Shown piece after piece: positions 37,301 to 45,917 of a stretch of 64,000 nucleotides of DNA. The notes under the pieces were generated by a model. The model worked only from the letters and a program-made list of their open reading frames with translations, did not search any database and had not been told where the DNA came from. The position numbers and the translations under genes were made by a program. Origin of the DNA: Lophium mytilinum (Eukaryota); contig MU004197.1 of assembly GCA_010093605.1 (NCBI GenBank), positions 1,302,001-1,366,000 on the forward strand, written 5' to 3'. Each line of letters begins with the position of its first letter. Positions within the stretch are counted from its first letter, which is position 1.

Positions 37301-40213
37301 GCATAGCCCAACCCCCTTCTGGCCAACCGTTGGCTAATGCCCAAGAATTCGGCTCATCTATGTTGCCTTCAGATAGTCAAGCCGGAATATCACCCAATCC
37401 GAACGACCTGATGAGCAGTCCGCCCGGTCTCTCTGAGTCTCCCATGGCTGACGTCATGCAGGACAGCCGTCGCCCTCGGAGAGCAGCAGCTCCGACGTTT
37501 GGCGCGGAGAGTGAGGGCTCCTCGGTTTCCCCGGTTTCCCACCCAATCCGGAAATCAGGTATAACAGCTCCTGTGTATGGCTCGGAGAGTGAGCAGGACT
37601 GGACCTCCCCTGGCTACAATTCAGAGATAAGGTACACTATAATCTTCGGAAGGGAAGCAATACTACCTGTCGTAGTTCCCCTGTCCGAGGTTCAAGACCA
37701 CTCTCTGCCATTCTCATTCTCACTGCACACCGAAGTGCCTAGTGGAGAGATGAATGAGTGGAGCTATGACCTAAGTGGAACAAAAAAGAGTAGTTCAGTG
37801 CACGTGCAACTACGACTTGAGCGAAACATGTCTGACGGATCTACTTTGCTTGAGCATGTTGATGTCGGTGACTTCGAGTATGTGGAGACAGTAAAGAGTT
37901 CGGAGGCGCAAGCAGACGAAGACCCCAAAATCAAGCCAAAACTAGATATCACGCCTTCAGATCGAGACCACTACCAGCAGAGACCAGTTTGTGGAGCCTC
38001 GATTGGTGCATATCGAGACGGCCTACATCTTCCACCAGCTACATTCGGCGGCATTGTTCTCGTTGATGGCAAGCATTATGGCTTAAGCGTCCATCATATG
38101 CTTGAAGTACCTTCGGACGATGAAGAAAGTGATGATGGCGAGCCTGATGATTCAGGTGGCGATCCTGTTCGCGATCCGTCGGCTCACAAAGGAGAGCATG
38201 CACCAGTGAGGAGTACTGCGCGCAAAGCAAAAGGGAAGTCCGTAGTGGTCTCGGCTGGTCTTGACCTTATACATGGCAAATTATATGAAGTGGACGCTAC
38301 CTGGACTAAGATCGACCGCCGTCTCGTCAATGCAGAAGCTCTTGAAGAGGCACAGGAGCCGTTTGAGGAGCGCGAAGACTCGTTAGACTCTTTATATGTG
38401 TTAAGAGTATTAACAAAGAAGGAAATACAGAAGCTGGCTGATCGAACCAAGCGAATAAGGGATAAGAGATCTCGCGACGAGCATAACATTGCAGAGTTAT
38501 CGAAAAACCCACCCTCGGGAGAACCTGAAGACAACTCAAACGCCCGTGAACAACGCCCCGCGAGTGAACCACGTATAACTCACGATCACCCCGGCTCTTC
38601 TGGTGCATATGGCCGTGACGACTATAATAGCTATTCGGACGACGACATGGAAGTCAGATCATCATTCGAGGGTGGCGAGTTTCGCGAAATCATTGGTACC
38701 GTTGGTGACGTTGAGGGTATTCGACCGGGTAAGGGGGAACAGATCATCATCACACAACCCGCAATTGATGATGTTGCGGAAGACCTTTTTCCAAGCTTAG
38801 ATGACAGAGACGAAGATCACTTGCACTCCCACGCCCTTGGCCATGTCTATGCATCATCGGGAATTCGTCGGTTGCGCCGCAGAGGGATCCTCCATGAGAT
38901 AGATTGGGCTCTGATCAAGATCGTCGATGAGCGTTTGGCTCCATGGAACGTGGTTCACGGCGGTGGACAGTTTTGCATCGACGCTGCAACCGCTGCCAGA
39001 CAGGACTCGCCGCGCGTCAAGCGGGAACCCGATTGGCATGACTACTATAAGAACGGCCTCCCAAAAGAAGTCATTGTTATTGACGATGACGACGACGAAA
39101 CTTCACCTAGCCAGCACGACCAACCCGAAATGAACCGACACGCCATCGCGAAGGCCGTTGAAGACATTCCCGGAAAACTTCCGCAGCCTCTAATCGCCCA
39201 CTTACTCACCATAGATCAAGTAGAACGGGCCTTGGAATGGTGAGTAAACGTTCTTTTCGGCAATACTCTGCTAATGCTCTCAATAGGTTACGTACTTGCT
39301 TTGAACCAGACTCATCATGCAAAGTTAGTTTGATAGCGCTAGAGAACGCGTATATGACGACTTTCGAGTTCGATTTAATAAAACACTGGTGGATGGAGAT
39401 TGACACAATGAAACACTGGTTCAGGGGGCTCCCAAACGAGGAATTTTACGGCGTGTTCCCGACAGCCTCCATCACGACATATCCAGAAGCAGAGGCAAAG
39501 AAGAATTCGATCCACGGCATTCGGCCACGCAAAGATGATTACCCAGTTGAAGTTGCCAGAGCAGACGAACTTGCAGATCGGAAAGTCCATTGGTATGGCC
39601 GAACCTCAGGCTTGCAAAGCGGAGTAATTTCATCTACTATGCGTCAAGTGCGGTTCTACGGCCGTGAAACGTTCGCTGCTCTCTGGAGTGTCAGTGGCGG
39701 AGGTACGTGTGTCTTCGTCCAGTGGTCTTTCTTAGCAACACAGCAATTTTCGGGCAGTCCTTCTGCCCTTAACGTGCTAACTTGGAAATAGCAAAAGGAG
39801 GCGACACAGGTGCTTGGGTCATCGATGACCGTAGTCGTGTTTGTGGCTACCTAATTGCCACCAGTGAGGCCAAGCAGGTTGCTTACATGTGCCCGATGGA
39901 GGTGGTCATGGAAGACATCAAGCAGACGCTCGGTGCAGAATCAGTGTGTCTGCCCGGGTCGGCTGAGGCCAAAGAGAGGCTCGAACGGAAGTTTCCGGCC
40001 CAAGTACCTCGTCCTCTGTTCCCACTTGGAGCCAAGGTGCAACTCAGAATAACCAACAACCACCTGATGAACGCCTGTATCACTGACCGCAGGTGGAGTC
40101 CAGGGCTTCCGTGGGAGTACCAAGTGAGGCCAACCAGAGATGATGTCAACCAAGACAATGTTGAGGAGCATGGGGAATGGTTTGATCAGAGTCGGATTGT
40201 GAAGAGAAAGTAA
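34321..40213 (+). CDS. Large mosaic protein (roughly 1800 aa): N-terminal helical domain, C2H2 fingers, several foreign fragments, trypsin-like domain and C-terminal SH3/Tudor-like domain
   Basis: MWAGNVGA...SLDYRLRE; FVCPYC...WK|KHVLEDLQPYACTYPAC; GASIG...VHHML...DWALI...GRTSG...GDTGAW; introns from 34552, near 35796-35843, 39240-39286 and 39703-39791 join the ORFs; the micro-exons near 34.77-34.95 kb are uncertain. Confidence 0.82.
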
Positions 40214-40688
40214 GAAAGCAAATGATCGGTGGAATGAGATTTCTCGCACGGTGATTCATAAGAAGACCGATACACGAAAAGCCTTTGGAGTCCGTGGAGG
40301 CTGAAAGTCACACTTGGATTAGCCACTCCAATTTTCGACTTCTAGAACGATGATGGGAATAACGAAGCCATTGCCAGATGGAAAGGCAGTTCTCACTAGA
40401 GATCAGAGGGACCAGACAATCCAACAGCCAAAGAGTTAGATAACAAGACGCAATGCCTGGATATATTCAGCAGCAATAACACAGCCTACTCAACCCACAT
40501 CTTTTCCGTACCTCCACACGCTCTCTCAAATGCCGGCTTACACGCCCACATGAATCGCAAATCGCTGAAACGCAGCTCAAGCCCAAACTCCGAGATCAAC
40601 ACCCCATCTCAGCCCTCTTAAATCCCTCTAATATACAGCACCTAACACCCTCAACCCCAGACGAGGCCCAAACCCGGAGGTAGCCCCC

Positions 40689-41835
40689 CTACCTATCCCC
40701 CCCACTAAAACTGTACCCCGGCGCCGGCGGCGCCGGTCTCCTGTACTCCTCATAACCCCCGGGACTTAGCGCACTCGTGTGCTCGTCGTGATCATAGCGG
40801 TATTCGGGCACCGGATCATGGGGGTTCTCGCCCCAGCTGAGCGGCCGGCCGGGGTGTCTCCCTTCGTCTGTATCCGTGCTATGCAACAACGCGTATTCAT
40901 CCTCTTCCTGGTTCCCACCGCGCTCCGTCCGTGTCTCGTCATCCGAGTCGTTGAGCTCGTGGGTATCCGCGCTCCAGGTGTTGTCCTTGACGCCGTGCTC
41001 GAGGGAGGAGTCGCCGCCCGAGGCGTGCGGGGAGGGCTTAGAGGAGGCGTAGGGCATGACGCCGTCTTTGCGGAATTTGACGACGTAGTAGGCGGATATT
41101 GCGGTTGTGATTACGAAGAGGAGCCTGTGGAAGGAGAAGCGTCAGCTGTGGGTTTTCTTTTGGAGGAAATGGGAAGAGGGGTGTACCATATCACGACGCC
41201 GAAACCGAATGTTGCGCGGCTTAGCTTGCATTTCGCCTCGTTGCCGTAGGCGAAGGTGGTGCAGTTCCCGTCGTTTTGGTCGAGCTTTTTGTCTTTGGCG
41301 CCCTGGCGGATGCCGCGGCTGTTGTAGAGGGCGATGGCGATGAAGGCGGAGAACCAGAATACTGTGGTTGAAACGTGTCAGAACTGATTCCAAGTAGTGT
41401 GTTCAAGCATTGGCTAGAGAAGTAGACATTGTTCTTTCTTGGGAGAGCCAAGGGAGGGGAAAGGTGCAACTAGGGAAGCCTACTCGTATATAGCGCATCT
41501 ACCGCAACAAATGCATATGCGTTCGCAAACCTCGCCGCTCTCGACCACATAGGCACCATAACGAGGTATACCAGCGCGGGAATTGTCAGAAAACACTATT
41601 CGTTCAGCCCCAACTGTCAGCCTGATGCTCAAAAGTCCCAGATTGTCCCAGCACCCTCCCCTCTTGGGACACCAGAGGTTCTTACCAGTGCAAAATACCA
41701 GTCTGTAGCACCACCATTTGTCCCGTCTTTAGTCAAGACGGAAATGGTGATACATGCCGCAATGAAGATCAGCAGGATCTGGAAGATGTGCGCAACGACT
41801 TTGCATTTCTGGATATAGCTCTGCGGGACCTGCAT
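40689..41835 (-). CDS. MARVEL-domain membrane protein, multi-exon
   Basis: Four hydrophobic helices (HIFQILLIFIAACITISVL; CFLTIPALVYLVMVP; FWFSAFIAIA; LFVITTAI) and an acidic/Pro-rich tail. Confidence 0.8.
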
Positions 41836-42384
41836 CTTGTCCCCAGATTGTGTTCTTCTCCGCCTCGTCTATCGTTTTCGGTGCTCTTAGAGGCTTTTGA
41901 GGACGTTGGGTCGTGGGTAGTAGGGATATAGGGAGTCGTAAACACAGCCCCGGGGTCGATCGAGAAGCCTCCGCAGGGAACCACAGTACAACGAGGACAC
42001 CGAGCGCTACAATACGCTTAGCAAGAAGCAAGACGAAGTTGATAATGACCGTGTGTCGTGAGTAGCAGCGCAGCAACAGGTGGAAGGCAGGTTGAATGAA
42101 GGAGAGAGCGTCGACGGTTGCCAGGGCACTTCAGCCTCACTGAAGCTGAGCCTCCCTCCGCCGGCGCAAATCACAGGCCCGTGGTCGCGCCTGGGCCATG
42201 CGCCCTCCGCTATCCGGGTCGTACGCACTGCTGCACGCTTTTGGCAGCGCTATTGGGCCCCTGTCAGCGGTTTGGGTGAAGGACAAGTCAGCCTTAGCTA
42301 TAAATAGTAAGGGGTCGCGCTACCTAAGGTCCCTGCATTTGGACAGTGGGAAGCGAGAAATGCCACAGCAGTGGCTGATGGTGG

Positions 42385-42626
42385 CAGGCATGGAATCAGA
42401 TTAAATGGAACTCTCCAAAATTGGGGGCAGCGAAATACTTTTTGTACCTTTCAACCACGCAATATAGGATGCATAACTTGAAATAATTACGCTGTGGTCT
42501 CCCAGCACCCGCTTATAGCTCCCCTTAATTTCAGAAAATTTAATAAATGCTGGAGTATAGGAAAATTCATAACGTTGGGGCTCGGTTTACTAAGCGAGAG
42601 TTCCATTTAATGTGATTCCATGCCTG
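42385..42626. mobile_element. MITE, 242 bp, with 31-bp TIRs and a 4-bp GTGG target-site duplication
   Basis: caggcatggaatcagattaaatggaactctc (42385-42415) matches the reverse complement of 42596-42626 at 30/31; GTGG directly flanks both ends; AT-rich non-coding interior. Confidence 0.88.
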
Positions 42627-43367
42627 GTGGACGCTCGGGTATTTACTGTATAGGGTATGTAAGTCGCATTAAATGCCGTCAAGTGAGGTTCGGTTTCTCG
42701 CAGTCTTGACTGCTGTGGCTCTGGATGATCTCCAAGGCTATAGCTGACTTGCTACCGAAGAATAGTACGCGGGACGGGACTTTTACCGAACCTGGACTTC
42801 GCAAACGGCCGTGTCATTCAGATAGTCAGCCATTTTCCTGGAACGGCATCATGAGATTCACAGGACAGCCTCCCCTGCTAATGTCACAGTAAGTTCATTG
42901 CCCAAAGTCTAGCATAGCAAAAAGTTCAAATTAGGCATAGAGACAATATTGCATTTCAAAAGCTGCATAAGGTCTCCATCAAGTAGTGTTCTCGTTTTGC
43001 ACTTTCTTTAACCCTACGAGAACCCACAACATCGCTATCATACGAACCTGTCTTTTAACTGTGCTAAAGCCCTCTCGGAATTCCACTTTTGTGGGGAGAT
43101 TGCGAGAGTTTGGGATCGAGGCCTGTGTGGGAGAAAGATCTGAAGGTGATTGTCTGGATCTGTATCTACGCGCATGTAGAGAATATTCGGTACAAATGGT
43201 AAAGCCATAACCTTCAATATGGACTCCCCATAATATCATCTGGCCTCAACCCCAAACCAGAGCCCACGTATAATTGCCAATGTCCTGAACGCCGCGCAAT
43301 GCAAGCTCTTCACAAGCCACGTCCCAACCGACCCCATTTAAACCCTCCTCCACCTCCGAACATCCCT

Positions 43368-43979
43368 CTACCTCCCCTTCTGGGCCAACACAGCATCCAA
43401 CTCCTTCTTCAGCTGCAGCAGATCCGCCTCCGCGGCCTCAAACTCCAACGCCTGGCCAACCCACTCGCTCGCCTCCTCCACCCTTCCCATCTCCTGCAAG
43501 CACTTCCCCCTCCGCCACCACGCCTTCGCATTCCCAACCTTCCTCATCTCAACACTGCTCTCCGCATCCAGCGCGCCCTCCACCCACTGCTGCAAGCTCA
43601 TGTGCGCCTGCGCGCGATTCGCAAACAGCGCCGACACCTCCTCCCGCACCAAGCCCGACGGCTCCCACCCAGGCCTGCCCAGCGCCATATCAATCCCGAT
43701 GCTGTACATGCGGATAGCTTCGGGGAACTTGTTCTTGCGGAAGTCGGCGTTGCCGCTCTCGCGCAGCTTGGTGATTTGCGCGCTGCGTTTTGGGTTGACG
43801 GGGATGGGGGGTGGGGGCACGGTGTGAGGGGCCTCGAGGCCGAGTAAAGCGCGGTGGAGCTGGTTGAGGGCGGTGAGTTCTTCGGCGAGGGCGGTGGAGG
43901 CGGGGGTTGCGGAGGAGATGGCTTTGGAGGTTGGGTCGAGGTTGAGGGGGAGGAGGGTGAAGGTGTCGCTGGTTTCCAT
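43368..43979 (-). CDS. SEC72: Translocation protein Sec72 (TPR subunit of the Sec63 complex)
   Basis: LNQLHRALL...PPPPIPVNPKRSAQITKLRESGN; RPGWEPSGLVREE; NRAQA; KAWWRRGKCL. Confidence 0.9.
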   Translation of the reverse strand: METSDTFTLLPLNLDPTSKAISSATPASTALAEELTALNQLHRALLGLEAPHTVPPPPIPVNPKRSAQITKLRESGNADFRKNKFPEAIRMYSIGIDMALGRPGWEPSGLVREEVSALFANRAQAHMSLQQWVEGALDAESSVEMRKVGNAKAWWRRGKCLQEMGRVEEASEWVGQALEFEAAEADLLQLKKELDAVLAQKGR

Positions 43980-44262
43980 TTTGGTGGGTTTTGTGGGTGT
44001 TGGTTTTGTTGGGGAGGTGGGAAGTAGAGATTGAGGGTGGTGTGCGAGTCTTTGAATTACTTTGGAGAGGACAGTTCTCACTCATGAATTGGAGTTGATC
44101 CCGGGAAAATTAATTACCGGTAGCGTGCTTAGTCATCTTGAGTATCGTAAATCGCCGCCACTGCACCTGCATCCTTTCATCTCGTCTCCACCATCAATCC
44201 ATCACTCGTCAACAGTCAACTATGTTCATCCTTCTTTACAATCCGTCCGTAATCCACGTAAT

Positions 44263-45123
44263 CTATCGTAGGTAGTAGTTCATGTAGGCTGCTAAGGTGA
44301 TGCAATGCTTCTTCTCCCACTTCCACCAATCTTCCCACCAGAGTCCCACGATGATCTCCCTCAAAGTGTCGAGACTCTTATCTTTCAGTGGCACCACATC
44401 TTCCTGTACCTGGAAGCAGGTCTCGTTCCTCATTTGATACGCGAGATAGGTACAACGAGGAGTGAGCTTAGCCCACTCTATCAAATTGATATCGGCGTTG
44501 AGCTTCATGTGTAGCATCATTGGAAGCGCGAACACCACGAACGGATCATCCTTTGCTTTCTCGCACAGTTTTCTTGGATAGACCTCCTTCGGGTTTAATC
44601 CTCTCTCGAATCGCCGCAGAAAACAGTGCATAAGGTCGCGCCGGAGGTCTTTCATTGTGCGTCCGTCGGCGAGATGAGCGTCCAAAGAGTGTAGGTACGC
44701 GAAAAGGTAAAAGTCAATCAGGAAGTAGTCGCCGTTTCGGTCGTCGTACCCATTCCCAGCATCGATCAGCGCTCCTGGTGGTTCATTCCTCTCGACCCAG
44801 TCCCGAAACCAAAGAAAGACCCGGAGCGAAACGCCTTGAATTGTGACCTCATCCTCGTAAATTTCAATAACCCGGGACCCACCGTCTTCCTTCATTAGGC
44901 TCAGCAGCTTATGAAGTAAGCCTTTTCTGATATTTAGTGGCCCGTCGGATCCAAGATAAAGATGCGGTGCGAGACTCTCTACGTGGACAGGGATAGAAGT
45001 TTTTTCATCAACATCGAGATCCCGACTGCCAAAATGGAAGCCAAGAGGTCCTAGCTCGGGGGCCGCGCTCGTCATGGCGACTGGAAAGGTCGTAATCCGT
45101 CGCCTTTCGAGCAAGGACTGCAA
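44263..45123 (-). CDS. Divergent BTB-like protein (paralog 5)
   Basis: VFLWFRDWVE...LIDFYLFA...DLRRDLMHCFLRRFERG...DDPFVVFALPM matches the 18-24 kb family. Confidence 0.65.
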   Translation of the reverse strand: MQSLLERRRITTFPVAMTSAAPELGPLGFHFGSRDLDVDEKTSIPVHVESLAPHLYLGSDGPLNIRKGLLHKLLSLMKEDGGSRVIEIYEDEVTIQGVSLRVFLWFRDWVERNEPPGALIDAGNGYDDRNGDYFLIDFYLFAYLHSLDAHLADGRTMKDLRRDLMHCFLRRFERGLNPKEVYPRKLCEKAKDDPFVVFALPMMLHMKLNADINLIEWAKLTPRCTYLAYQMRNETCFQVQEDVVPLKDKSLDTLREIIVGLWWEDWWKWEKKHCITLAAYMNYYLR

Positions 45124-45917
45124 CGCCTAGATTCTTCCAAGTTACCATGTCGAGGATATTTCTCGAAGATAAACCCAGCGATTGTTTGCATTGGGAAGTT
45201 TGCAGATGAGATCATTAACCCACATAGACCGACCGTAGCTTGAGTCTGCAGTAGTACGACAGACTTTAGCAGGAGACTAGACTAATTAAAATGATTTGTT
45301 GGATGAATTGAAACACATGACCTGCGAAGACGCTTTCAAAGCATAATACAGCAATCACGATGACGGATGAGGACGGAAGCTCAAGTGTATGTGTATTGCT
45401 AGTACTACATGTAGGTCTATCAGGTGCAATTGTAGCTGTTCAATGCGAGCTTGCATAATTTATGCGAAAAGTACAACTTTCCTAGGTAATCGACATTTTC
45501 CCAGTTCCCGTTTGCCCACTCTCTCAGACAGGGTAGACAGCGGCGCTCGTCGCGGACGTCTCTCGCATTATTCCACGTGTTCAAGACACGCTTCAACAGT
45601 GAATCGTTTGACAAGGTGGAGCACCCCACAAGAGTTGCAGTGACGCCGTCAGAAGTGTTGACGCCGCGCTCTGATAGCGACAAGCAGATTTCAGTTCCGA
45701 TACAGGAACATAGTGATTTTCAAGCTCCGGTGTACGGTGAATCATTCAGCAAGGGAAAACCCAGGTCCTGCAACAGCCATTCACTGCAACCTAAAACACT
45801 GCATCCCCGAAGACGCCTCTATTTAAGCCTAGGAGTCCAGCTCTTAAACAACAACACACTGTCGACCCCTCACCAACACCCACATCATAGCCACACCACA
45901 CTCACTACCACTCTATC

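Noticed and set aside
43299..43847. 182-aa plus-strand ORF and similar antisense ORFs across the window
   Set aside because: Shadow ORFs of GC-rich real genes (here SEC72)
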